Below are positions 51,901-63,341 of a stretch of 64,000 nt of DNA, in pieces. The position numbers and the translations under genes are program-made. Each line of letters starts with the position of its first letter. Position 1 is the stretch's first letter. Location of the stretch: NCBI GenBank assembly GCA_964016885.1, contig OZ024741.1, positions 18,910,001-18,974,000 on the forward strand. The letters run 5' to 3'. Source of the stretch: Eledone cirrhosa. Lineage: Eukaryota. The notes beneath the pieces were generated by a model, which had not been told where the DNA came from, did not search any database, and was given only the letters and a program-made list of their open reading frames with translations.

Positions 51901-52362
51901 TATATATATATATCATCATTTTTATGTACATATAAGTAGAGTAAAGAGGGTTCTTCAGTTCAGTCAATTACTAACAACTTCCCTAGTTCTGGTGCCACAA
52001 AAAATGCATCAAGTACACTGTAAAGTGGCTGGTGAGAGGAAAGGCTTCTCACTGTAGAAAACATGCCGCAAAGGGTTGAGTAGAATCCCAATATACTGCT
52101 AGATGCAACTCACTCTCTCCAAGGCCACCCCTATGACATGATACTTCCACTTTCATGGTGGTATGTCTCCCTCATACTCTTGTTAACGCCATCCTAGTGA
52201 TAGTGCCACGGTAAGAATGCATCCAACCTACTTCTTAAAGTGGTTATGCCGGTTCCTCTAAAAAAAACATTCAATCCATACTGTAAGTGCTGGTACCACA
52301 ACAAAAGCACCCAGTGTACCCTGTAAGGTGGTAGTTTCATAGACATGACATAGTATTCCCTC

Positions 52363-53348
52363 TACACACTGTAAAGTGGTTGGTGTTAGGAAGGAGATCC
52401 AGCCATAGAAACCATGTTTCCAGTACACTCTGTAAAGTGGTTGTTAGGAAGGAGATCCAGCCATAGAAACCATGTTTCCAGTACACTCTGTAAAGTGGTT
52501 GTTAGGAAGGACATCCAGCCACAGAAACCATACACCCAGTACACTCTGTAAAGTGGTTGTTAGGAAGGAGATCCAGCCATAGAAACCATGTTTCCAGTAC
52601 ACTCTGTAAAGTGGTTGTTAGGAAGGAGATCCAGCCATAGAAACCATGTTTCCAGTACACTCTGTAAAGTGGTTGTTAGGAAGGAGATCCAGCCATAGAA
52701 ACCATGTTTCCAGTACACTCTGTAAAGTGGTTGGTGTTAGGAAGGACATCCAGCCATAGAAACCATACACCCAGTACACTCTGTAAAGTGGTTGGTGTTA
52801 GGAAGGACATCCAGCCACAGAAACCATACACCCAGTACACTCTGTAAAGTGGTTGTTAGGAAGGAGATCCAGCCATAGAAACCATGTTTCCAGTACACTC
52901 TGTAAAGTGGTTGTTAGGAAGGAGATCCAGCCATAGAAACCATGTTTCCAGTACACTCTGTAAAGTGGTTGTTAGGAAGGAGATCCAGCCATAGAAACCA
53001 TGTTTCCAGTACACTCTGTAAAGTGGTTGTTAGGAAGGAGATCCAGCCATAGAAACCATGTTTCCAGTACACTCTGTAAAGTGGTTGTTAGGAAGGAGAT
53101 CCAGCCATAGAAACCATGTTTCCAGTACACTCTGTAAAGTGGTTATTAGGAAGGAGATCCAGCCATAGAAACCATGTTTCCAGTACACTCTGTAAAGTGG
53201 TTGTTAGGAAGGAGATCCAGCCATAGAAACCATGTTTCCAGTACACTCTGTAAAGTGGTTATTAGGAAGGAGATCCAGCCATAGAAACCATGTTTCCAGT
53301 ACACTCTGTAAAGTGGTTATTAGGAAGGAGATCCAGCCACAGAAACCA
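52363..53348. repeat. 58/61-bp minisatellite, ~17 copies; CCAGTACACTCTGTAAAGTGGTT(GGT)GTTAGGAAGGAGATCCAGCCATAGAAACCATGTTT
   Basis: Periodicity is directly visible. The unit is the reverse complement of the SINE/LINE core TTTCTA..GCTGGAT..CCTTCCTAACACCAACCACTTTACAGAGTGTACTGG. Confidence 0.95.
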
Positions 53349-53501
53349 AGACAAAAATGGAACATATAAGCAAGACAGGGTCACCTGTTTAATCAAGTAA
53401 CAAAACAGGGCAGCCCATCTAACTGATGCAAGTATGGGAAATAGGTGATAATGATGTCTGATGACTCTGTGACTACACAGGAGAAAATTCAGAGTAGTAA
53501 A

Positions 53502-53535
<34 letters not shown>

Positions 53536-53547
<12 letters not shown>

Positions 53548-54190
53548 CATGAGAAGAAAGAATACTGCGTGGTTGCACATGGGTTACATATGATAAAAAT
53601 AGTCCTTCGTCAGTGATTTTCCAACCTTCATTGGTATTTTATCGCATTAAAAATCATATACCTCCGGTTGGTGCGAGCAATAGTTAAATAAAGCTATTGG
53701 GACAAGTAAATCGCGTAAAGCGAGTGAGACAAGTAAACAACATAGAAGGATGAAAGCAACGCAAAGTTAGGAAAAAACAAGCAACATGGTTATCCGGTCA
53801 GCATAAGCTGGGTGGATTTCATGAGCGAGCGAGATACAGACCATCCGACGTGAGTGAGATGTGAGCAAGAAGAAAACCCACTACAAGCCAAACGGGAGGA
53901 AGTGAGAAGGGGAGAAACAGAGAGTGAGTGAGTAGAAGTGAGAGGAAGAGGTCAATCGAGAGAAAGTGTAACTGACAGAGGGGGCAAAAGAAGGTGAGAG
54001 AAACAGAGAGAGTGGGGAAGCAGTAAGAGAGAAACAGACAAACGCAGCCGAGGTAAATATATATAAAAAACATGAGAAGAAAGAATACTGCGTGGTTGCA
54101 CATGGGTTACATATGATAAAAATAGTTTTCCAATCTTCATTGGTATTTTATCGCATTAAAAATCATATACCTCCAGTTGGTGCGAGCAAT
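53536..54190. repeat. ~135-145 bp direct repeats (53536-53681 and 54057-54190) flanking a purine-rich spacer; unclassified element
   Basis: AAAAAACATGAGAAGAAAGAATACTGCGTGGTTGCACATGGG...GTTGGTGCGAGCAATA occurs twice, and the left copy begins in (AT)n. Confidence 0.8.
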
Positions 54191-54603
54191 ACCTCCACCT
54201 CACACATTCACTTTTTGTTATTACTGTTTTCTTTCTAAGATATTATTTAAACAAGTCTTTGTTGTCACCCAACTAGAGTCCCTTTGGTCCTTTGTTTGGC
54301 AAGTTAGAAGTAAACAAACAAATGTTTTTACCACCACCACTACTACTACTACCACCACTAATTCTACCACCTCTACTACTACCACCACCACCAACTCCAA
54401 AGAATTTGTCACCAACTGACTTCTAAAACATACAATGCAGTAGTGTATTACTTACAATACCATAAATGTTTCCTTGCTGTATAAGAGAGGTTTCTAAACT
54501 GTAAAGTACAGCACTTTTGTGAGTCTCTAATAACCTCTATGGATGTCACGATATTAAGTGAAATCTGATAAATGTTTATGAACATTTGACTGTGATGGTG
54601 AAA

Positions 54604-54770
54604 TCATCATCATCATCATCATCACACCTCTGTTTTCCATGCTAGGATGGTCTGAGTCGAGAAGAGTAATAGGGCCATGTTTTGGTCATGTTTCTATTTT
54701 GGCATATCTTCTATGACTGGGTGCCCTTTCTAATGCCAACCTCCCTTTACAGAGATTACTGAGTGCATTT
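54604..54770 (-). mobile_element. RTE-tail SINE end that runs directly into the 48-bp array
   Basis: (CAT)n..CTGTTTTCCATGCTAGGATGG..TTCTATGACTGGGTGCCCTTTCTAATGCCAACC..TTTACAGAG. Confidence 0.75.
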
Positions 54771-57700
54771 TATTGTGGCACCAGGACTGTCACTTCACAG
54801 TATGTATTGAGTGCGTTTTATCATGGCACCAGGACTGTCACTTCACAGTATGTATTGAGTGCATTTTATCATGGCACCAGGACTCTCACTTCACAGTATG
54901 TATTGAGTGCGTTTTATCATGGCACCAGGACTGTCACTTCACAGTATGTATTGAGTGCATTTTATCATGGCACCAGGACTCTCACTTCACAGTATGTATT
55001 GAGTGCGTTTTATCATGGCACCAGGACTCTCACTTCACAGTATGTATTGAGTGCATTTTATCATGGCACCAGGACTACCACTTTAGAGATTACTGAATGC
55101 ATTTCATTGTGGCACCAGGACTGTCACTTTACAGAGATCACTGGGTGAATTTCATTTTGGCACCAGGACTGTCACTTTACAGAGATCACTGGATGAATTT
55201 CATTTTGGCACCAGGACTGTCACTTTACAGAGATTACTGGATGAATTTCATTTTGGCACCAGGACTGTCACTTTACAGAGATCACTGGGTGAATTTCATT
55301 TTGGCACCAGGACTGTCACTTTACAGAGATTACTGGGTGAATTTCATTGTGGCACCAGGACTGTCACTTTACAGAGATTACTGGGTGAATTTCATTGTGG
55401 CACCAGGACTGTCACTTTACAGAGATCACTGGGTGAATTTCATTTTGGCACCAGGACTGTCACTTTACAGAGATCACTGGGTGAATTTCATTGTGGCACC
55501 AGGACTGTCACTTTGCAGAGATTACTGGATGAATTTCATTTTGGCACCAGGACTGTCACTTTACAGAGATCACTGGGTGAATTTCATTGTGTCACCAGGA
55601 CTGTCACTTTACAGAGATCACTGGATGAATTTCATTTTGGCACCAGGACTGTCACTTTACAGAGATTACTGGATGAATTTCATTTTGGCACCAGGACTCA
55701 CTTTACAGAGATCACTGGGTGAATTTCATTTTGGCACCAGGACTGTCACTTTACAGAGATTACTGGGTGAATTTCATTGTGGCACCAGGACTGTCACTTT
55801 ACAGAGATTACTGGGTGAATTTCATTGTGGCACCAGGACTGTCACTTTACAGAGATCACTGGGTGAATTTCATTGTGGCACCAGGACTGTCACTTTACAG
55901 AGATCACTGGGTGAATTTCATTTTGGCACCAGGACTGTCACTTTACAGAGATCACTGGGTGAATTTCATTTTGGCACCAGGACTGTCACTTTACAGAGAT
56001 CACTGGATGAATTTCATTTTGGCACCAGGACTGTCACTTTACAGAGATTACTGGATGAATTTCATTTTGGCACCAGGACTGTCACTTTACAGAGATCACT
56101 GGGTGAATTTCATTTTGGCACCAGGACTGTCACTTTACAGAGATCACTGGATGAATTTCATTTTGGCACCAGGACTGTCACTTTACAGAGATTACTGGAT
56201 GAATTTCATTTTGGCACCAGGACTGTCACTTTACAGAGATCACTGGGTGAATTTCATTTTGGCACCAGGACTGTCACTTTACAGAGATCACTGGGTGAAT
56301 TTCATTTTGGCACCAGGACTGTCACTTTACAGAGATTACTGGGTGAATTTCATTGTGGCACCAGGACTGTCACTTTACAGAGATCACTAGATGAATTTCA
56401 TTTTGGCACCAGGACTGTCACTTTACAGAGATTACTGGATGAATTTCATTTTGGCACCAGGACTGTCACTTTACAGAGATCACTGGGTGAATTTCATTTT
56501 GGCACCAGGACTGTCACTTTACAGAGATTACTGGGTGAATTTCATTGTGGCACCAGGACTGTCACTTTACAGAGATCACTGGATGAATTTCATTTTGGCA
56601 CCAGGACTGTCACTTTACAGAGATTACTGGATGAATTTCATTTTGGCACCAGGACTGTCACTTTACAGAGATCACTGGGTGAATTTCATTTTGGCACCAG
56701 GACTGTCACTTTACAGAGATTACTGGGTGAATTTCATTGTGGCACCAGGACTGTCACTTTACAGAGATTACTGGGTGAATTTCATTGTGGCACCAGGACT
56801 GTCACTTTACAGAGATCACTGGGTGAATTTCATTTTGGCACCAGGACTGTCACTTTACAGAGATTACTGGGTGAATTTCATTTTGGCACCAGGACTGTCA
56901 CTTTACAGAGATTACTGGGTGAATTTCATTGTGGCACCAGGACTGTCACTTTACAGAGATCACTGGGTGAATTTCATTTTGGCACCAGGACTGTCACTTT
57001 ACAGAGATCACTGGGTGAATTTCATTGTGGCACCAGGACTGTCACTTTACAGAGATCACTGGGTGAATTTCATTGTGGCACCAGGACTGTCACTTTACAG
57101 AGATTACTGGGTGAATTTCATTGTGGCACCAGGACTGTCACTTTACAGAGATTACTGGGTGAATTTCATTGTGGCACCAGGACTGTCACTTTACAGAGAT
57201 CACTGGGTGAATTTCATTTTGGCACCAGGACTGTCACTTTACAGAGATCACTGGGTGAATTTCATTTTGGCACCAGGACTGTCACTTTACAGAGATTACT
57301 GGGTGAATTTCATTTTGGCACCAGGACTGTCACTTTACAGAGATTACTGGGTGAATTTCATTGTGGCACCAGGACTGTCACTTTACAGAGATTACTGGGT
57401 GAATTTCATTGTGGCACCAGGACTGTCACTTTACAGAGATTACTGGGTGAATTTCATTGTGGCACCAGGACTGTCACTTTACAGAGATCACTGGGTGAAT
57501 TTCATTTTGGCACCAGGACTGTCACTTTACAGAGATCACTGGGTGAATTTCATTTTGGCACCAGGACTGTCACTTTACAGAGATTACTGGGTGAATTTCA
57601 TTGTGGCACCAGGACTGTCACTTTACAGAGATCTCTGGGTGAATTTCATTTTGGCACCAGGACTGTCACTTTACAGAGATTACTGGGTAATTTCATTGTG

Positions 57701-58310
57701 GCACCAGGACTGTCACTTTACAGAGATTACTGGGTGAATTTCATTGTGGCACCAGGACTGTCACTTTACAGAGATCACTGGGTGAATTTCATTTTGGCAC
57801 CAGGACTGTCACTTTACAGAGATTACTGGGTGAATTTCATTGTGGCACCAGGACTGTCACTTTACAGAGATTACTGGGTGAATTTCATTGTGGCACCAGG
57901 ACTGTCACTTTACAGAGATCACTGGGTGAATTTCATTTTGGCACCAGGACTGTCACTTTACAGAGATTACTGGGTGAATTTCATTGTGGCATCAGGACTG
58001 TCACTTTACAGAGATTACTGGGTGAATTTCATTGTGGCACCAGGACTGTCACTTTACAGAGATTACTGGGTGAATTTCATTGTGGCACCAGGACTGTCAC
58101 TTTACAGAGATCACTGGGTGAATTTGACTGTCACTTTACAGAGATCACTGGGTGAATTTCATTGTGGCACTAGGACTGTCACTTTACAGAGATTACTGGG
58201 TGAATTTCATTGTGGCACCAGGACTGTCACTCTACAGAGATTACTGGGTGAATTTCATTGTGGCACCAGGACTGTCACTCTACAGAGATTACTGGGTGAA
58301 TTGCATTGTG
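54745..58310. repeat. 48-bp minisatellite, ~74 copies; CTTTACAGAGAT(T/C)ACTGG(G/A)TGAATTTCATT(G/T)TGGCACCAGGACTGTCA
   Basis: The pattern re-registers every 240 nt (5x48). The first ~6 units are a distinct subtype (CTTCACAGTATGTATTGAGTGC.TTTTATCATGG). Confidence 0.98.
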
Positions 58311-58719
58311 GAATGTATATTTGAAATCTAACAAAATTCCAATTAGACATGAGACTGGTGCGACATGTTGTATGATACTTTATTGTTTATTAACTATTAA
58401 TGTGTTATAAAATATTTTATTTTTAAAAGTGTGTCACTAATATGAAAACAAATGTTGCCAACTGTCTCAACCTTGAAAAATGGACAGAATAAATGTTGAC
58501 TTTATAAATATATAATCATTACATTATGTTACTAAACTATTTAACTTCATGGTTTAAAATTTTCTTCACTGTATTTCTAATAAAAGATACTGTTTATGAT
58601 TTTCAAACCATAATGAAAATAATTTATAATTTGGAGGGATTTACTAATGTAACTAGTTTTCTCATTATTAAGTTTGGAATATAACATAAAATTATGATGG
58701 ATACATGTGATAGACATAA

Positions 58720-59462
58720 GTTTAGTTACATATTGTTGTTAGATGTGGTAAAGATATGTTTAGTTACATATTGTTGTTAGATGTGGTAAAGATATGTTTA
58801 GTTACATATTGTTGTTAGATGTGGTAAAGATATGTTTAGTTACATATTGTTGTTAGATGTGATAGAGATAAGTTTAGTTACATATTGTTGTTAGATGTGG
58901 TAAAGATATGTTTAGTTACATATTGTTGTTAGATGTGGTAAAGATATGTTTAGTTACATATTGTTGTTAGATGTGGTAAAGATATGTTTAGTTACATATT
59001 GTTGTGAGATGTGGTAAAGATATGTTTAGTTACATATTGTTGTGAGATGTGGTAGAGATAAGTTTAGTTACATATTGTTGTTAGATGTGGTAAAGATATG
59101 TTTAGTTACATATTGTTGTTAGATGTGGTAGAGATAAGTTTAGTTACATATTGTTGTTAGATGTGGTAAAGATATGTTTAGTTACATATTGTTGTGAGAT
59201 GTGGTAAAGATATGTTTAGTTACATATTGTTGTTAGATGTGGTAAAGATATGTTTAGTTACATATTGTTGTGAGATGTGGTAAAGATATGTTTAGTTACA
59301 TATTGTTGTGAGATGTGGTAAAGATATGTTTAGTTACATATTGTTGTTAGATGTGGTAAAGATATGTTTAGTTACATATTGTTGTTAGATGTGGTAAAGA
59401 TATGTTTAGTTACATATTGTTGTTAGATGTGGTAAAGATATGTTTAGTTACATATTGTTGTT
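58720..59462. repeat. 38-bp minisatellite, ~19.5 copies; GTTTAGTTACATATTGTTGTTAGATGTGGTAAAGATAT
   Basis: Unit starts at 58720, 58758 and onward. Confidence 0.97.
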
Positions 59463-59625
59463 ACAGTTCTTTATTATGTCAAAAATACAATCATCACCAT
59501 CCATCTATCTGTCTGTATGTCTGCATTACGACATTATGACGCTATATGTCATCATCATCATCATCATCATCATCATCAGTCCGCTTTTCCCTGCTTGCAT
59601 GTGTGTGTGTATATATGTATATATA

Positions 59626-59658
<33 letters not shown>

Positions 59659-59774
59659 GTGTGTAACGTTTTTCGAAATATTTACTTCTGCGTTCACAGA
59701 TTGATTTTTTTTAGTTTCAGAAGATCCCATTAAGGGTAAAAGCAGCGATTGTTTGCTTAAACTTTAATCTGTTA

Positions 59775-59778
<4 letters not shown>

Positions 59779-59813
<35 letters not shown>

Positions 59814-59841
59814 TATATATATATAATATATATATATATAT

Positions 59842-59874
<33 letters not shown>

Positions 59875-59893
59875 ATATATATATATATATTAT
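59779..59893. repeat. (AT)n microsatellite
   Basis: Pure A/T dinucleotide tract with phase slips. Confidence 0.95.
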
Positions 59894-60232
59894 ATCATCA
59901 TCATTTCATTTTACGTCCGCTTTTTCCCTGCTTGCAAGGGTTGGACGGGAACTGATTCTGGCTTGATTTCTACAGCTGGATGCCCTTCCTAACACCAACC
60001 TCATTTTCAGTGAGTGCTGGGTGCTTTTTTGCCGTGGCACCTCCACGACCACTTTGCAGTGGAATGATAGGGACCTCAGTCCCTATCATCTCATTTCTAC
60101 AGCTGAGTAAACTGGAGCAATGTGAAATAAAGTGTCTTGCTCAAGGAAACAACACATCACCCGGTTTGAGAATTGAACTCACAACCTTTTGATTGCAAGG
60201 CCAATGCTCTAACCACTAAGCCATGTGCCTCC
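59894..60232 (-). mobile_element. full-length tRNA-derived SINE (family B) with RTE-type 3' tail, inserted in (AT)n
   Basis: Head GGAGGCACATGGCTTAGTGGTTAGAGC..GAGTTCAATTC on the minus strand. Nearly the same sequence as 51561-51900, with (AT)n on both flanks. Confidence 0.9.
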
Positions 60233-60234
60233 AT

Positions 60235-60265
<31 letters not shown>

Positions 60266-60361
60266 ATATATATAATATATATATATATATATATAATATA
60301 TATATATATAATATATATAATATATATATATATATTATATATATAATATATATATATATAT

Positions 60362-60395
<34 letters not shown>
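60233..60395. repeat. (AT)n microsatellite
   Basis: A/T dinucleotide tract. Confidence 0.95.
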
Positions 60396-60440
60396 AGAAC
60401 CCTAGAGCAAATCCTGAGCAATGCCGGGCCATTCTGCTAG
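60396..60440 (+). mobile_element. Helitron 3' terminus remnant
   Basis: GC-rich imperfect hairpin CCTGAGCAATGCCGGG, followed after 8 nt by CTAG|T, the canonical Helitron end. Confidence 0.6.
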
Positions 60441-61061
60441 TATATATATACAATCATCATTCAACATGCATTTTTCTATACTAGCATGGGTTAGACGAGT
60501 TATCCCGTTGTGAGACAAGCCAGATCAGATGTCTCCTGCTCATACAGAATTATCTATCTATCTCTCTTTCTGTGTGTTTGTGTATATATATATATATATA
60601 TACACAAAGAGAGAGAGAACACGTGTGTTTGTGTAAGTTTTTGTCACCTTTCCAGCTGCAATAGTTTACCTTTGTTTACATAAAGTGTATTTGTCGTAAG
60701 GTTAGAAATAATCAATTCAATTAGACTAATTAGCAGCTAACGAGGATCTAAATCACTGATTGAGAAGATACGATGTGATTCCAGCAATTTCTATGTTGCA
60801 ATCAGTCTAAAACAATACCAATTCTCTAGTGTTCTTTACATAAGACAAGAATCATGAAATAGTCTATTTGGACTACAAGAACGAAATCAATAGATTAGTT
60901 TAAATGGAATTTATGGTAGGTTAGGGGAAGTAAGGACAGGATAGTAATAATATTACTGTGGTGGTGGTGTTCAAATGAGTAAAGTACTTGGTTAAGTAAG
61001 TCCCACTGGAATTTTCCAGTTAATCAGTCTAAAAGGATTAGCTCATCCCATCCCACATTAA

Positions 61062-61405
61062 CCCTTTAGCATTTAAACTGGCCGTATCCATCCAGAATTC
61101 TCTCACCTCTTTCTGTTCAAACCAGCCATAACCGACCACTTATACTGACGTTAAGGTATTGTTCTTAAAATAAATAACACCATCATCATCAAAATCTTGT
61201 AGATTTGATGTGAGATAAAGCCTTTACCATGAAAATACAATAGTAAATATAGAGTAATGTAAATGTTATGTGAGGTAAAGCCTTTACTGTGAAAATACAA
61301 TAGTATATATAGAGTAATGTAAATGTTATATGAGATATTATGTGAGGTAAAGCCTTTACCGCGAAAATACAATAGTATATATAGAGTAATGTAAATATTA
61401 AAGGG
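61062..61405. mobile_element. piggyBac-type MITE with internal ~59-bp tandem repeats
   Basis: TTAA|CCCTTTA ... TAAAGGG|TTAA (TTAA at 61058-61061 and 61406-61409). Three copies of GTGAGGTAAAGCCTTTAC..GAAAATACAATAGTA.ATATAGAGTAATGTAAAT. Confidence 0.75.
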
Positions 61406-61489
61406 TTAATGTCCCTCCACTCAAAGAATGAAAGTAAAAAAAAAAAGGCATTAAATTGAAGTGACGAACAAACTCTTCTTTTTTTTTTT

Positions 61490-61718
61490 GCTCACTTAAT
61501 CCTGAGAGGGTCCTGAAGGCAGAGTCCTCAACCACTCCGTCCTGTCAGAAACAACCAACTCCAACTGATCTGGCTGGATCCCCAAGTGAGACCAGTCAAG
61601 CTCATGGTTGTTATCCAACCATCTTGCTCAGAGTTTACCCCTGGGTCTCCTGCCAGTTGGTTTTGACCATAGAATCTGTCCAGTGATTCTTTCTTGAGAC
61701 ATTCTAGCCGCATACCCA
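61490..61718 (-). mobile_element. 3' end of RTE LINE (same family as 45470-46265)
   Basis: Minus-strand YAARMSQERITGQILWSKPTGRRPRGK resembles the RTE C-terminus. Shares CCAACTGATCTGGCTGGATC..GAGACCAG.CAAGCTCATG with 45555-45600. Confidence 0.75.
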
Positions 61719-61750
61719 AAAATAAAATGAATCGGGATTACTAAAATAAT

Positions 61751-61938
61751 TGTTTCTACTTTTGGCACAAGGCCAGCAATTATCCCAGTACATTACTGGT
61801 ACTTTATTTTATCGACCCCGTAAGGATGAAAGGCAAAGTTAACCTCGGCAGGATTTGAACTCAGATCATAAAGGGCCGTAACTCTATGCTGCAAATCATG
61901 GTGTCTGACGCTCTATCGATACTGCCAATCCACCACCC
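61751..61938 (-). mobile_element. tRNA-derived SINE (family A) with 14-bp TSD
   Basis: Closely similar to the reverse complement of 1485-1674. TSD ATTACTAAAATAAT at 61737-61750 and 61939-61952. Confidence 0.9.
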
Positions 61939-62556
61939 ATTACTAAAATAATGCTACAAAAATTGGCTAATTCTTATTTATGTGTTTGATTTTTTTTTTG
62001 ATTTTATTTCCATGTTGTTTATGCTGTTTTTTTTCTTCGATCTCCTTGGCAACATGTAGCTTCCACTGTTTCTCTTCCATTGCTCTCTCCCCTACCAACC
62101 TCACCATTCTATCACTCCCATACTTTCACTTCTTCTTTCACCTTCTTGGTCTTGTTTACTTTGAACAAATAATGGAATAGAGAGGATGCTTTAGTCTTCT
62201 GGTTTTAGTGTCATAATAAAACACACCCAGTACTCTCTGTAATGTTAGGAAGGACATTCAGCTTTAGAATTGAGACATATGAACAAGACATTGTCCTTCA
62301 ACACACCCTGGGTGGTAGTAAATCTGAATAAGAAATTACTTGGACCATAACAACCGACCCAATTTATAATTACTATATTTTTTTTCTTGCAGTTGATGTG
62401 ATTTCTTTGTACCCACCTCTCCTCTCTTACACACCTTTTGTAACCTGTCAATGATTTCTTTGAATCCACCTCTCCTCTCCTACACATCTTTTGTATCCTG
62501 TCAATGTAATGTCCTCTTCTCCCCATGTGACAAATAATTAGGATTAATCCTACAAT

Positions 62557-62668
62557 GGTCAACTTTGCTTTACATCCTTCCACATAAAGTACCAGTTAAA
62601 TACTGGGGTTGATTTTATTGACTTTCGCCAATTGTTGGCCTTGTGCCCAAATCAGAGATCATTATGTT
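62557..62668 (+). mobile_element. SINE family A 3' fragment
   Basis: GGTCAACTTTGCTTTACATCCTT..AAAGTACCAG..GGCCTTGTGCCCAAA matches ~1580-1670. Confidence 0.65.
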
Positions 62669-62708
62669 GACAAACAATTATGTTGTTCTAATGATAATTA
62701 TTGTTATA

Positions 62709-62899
62709 TGAGGGTCAGCTGAAAAGTTCACAGGCTGACCAAGATACTCTCATGGAATGACCAAATGAGGTTTATTTTTCAACATAGTTCCTAGAAAGAA
62801 ACAATTCCGTTATTAGTAAGAACTGAAATTAATTCAAGATTTCACAGCTCTCGCATCACTCCGTCATAGTCAGCTTATGAACTTTTCAGCTGACTCTAG
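62709..62899. mobile_element. Tc1/mariner-type MITE
   Basis: ~30-bp TIRs TGAGGGTCAGCTGAAAAGTTCACAGGCTGAC / GTCAGCTTATGAACTTTTCAGCTGACTCTAG, flanked by TA. Confidence 0.8.
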
Positions 62900-62924
62900 T
62901 ACTTTTAAAAGAAATCATTATTTA

Positions 62925-63335
62925 TTTGTTGTTGTTTGTTTTTGGTTATTGTTATTTAACAGTTTGCTGTTGCTATTGTTTTTGTTACTAGTGTTGTTGT
63001 TGTTATTGTTGTTATTGTTGCTATTGTTGTTGCTGTTGTTGTTACTATTGTTGTTACTATTGTTGTTGTTACTATTGCTGTTGTTACTATTGTTGTTGCT
63101 ATTGTTGTTGCTATTGTTGTTGTTGCTATTGTTGTTGTTGCTGTTGTTGTTGTTGCTGTTGTTGTTGTTGCTGTTGTTGCTGTTGTTGTTGTTGTTGCTG
63201 TTGTTGTTGTTGCTATTGTTGTTGTTGCTATTGTTGTTGTTGTTGCTATTGTTGTTACTATTGTTGTTGCTGTTGCTGTTGTTGTTGTTGCTATTGTTCA
63301 ATTATTATTATTGTTCAATTATTATTATTGTTATA
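62925..63335. repeat. (TTG)n/(CTA)/(TTA) trinucleotide microsatellite
   Basis: Directly visible. It produces the poly-Leu and poly-Asn ORF artefacts. Confidence 0.95.
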
Positions 63336-63341
63336 TTACAG

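Noticed and set aside
53600-53620. Functional hammerhead ribozyme at CTGACGA (minus strand)
   Set aside because: No stem II/GAAA/stem III follows in this copy. Kept only as a hint about element class.
54773-58324. 1075-aa and other 16-residue-repeat ORFs
   Set aside because: The 48-bp unit is SINE-derived, two frames are open, and indels switch the repeat peptide mid-ORF, which argues against coding constraint.
59721-59735. 15-nt microexon AAGATCCCATTAAGG (EDPIK, faintly like myosin PDPEE)
   Set aside because: Good acceptor but weak donor (gtaaaa). No flanking exons supply the conserved Trp residues.
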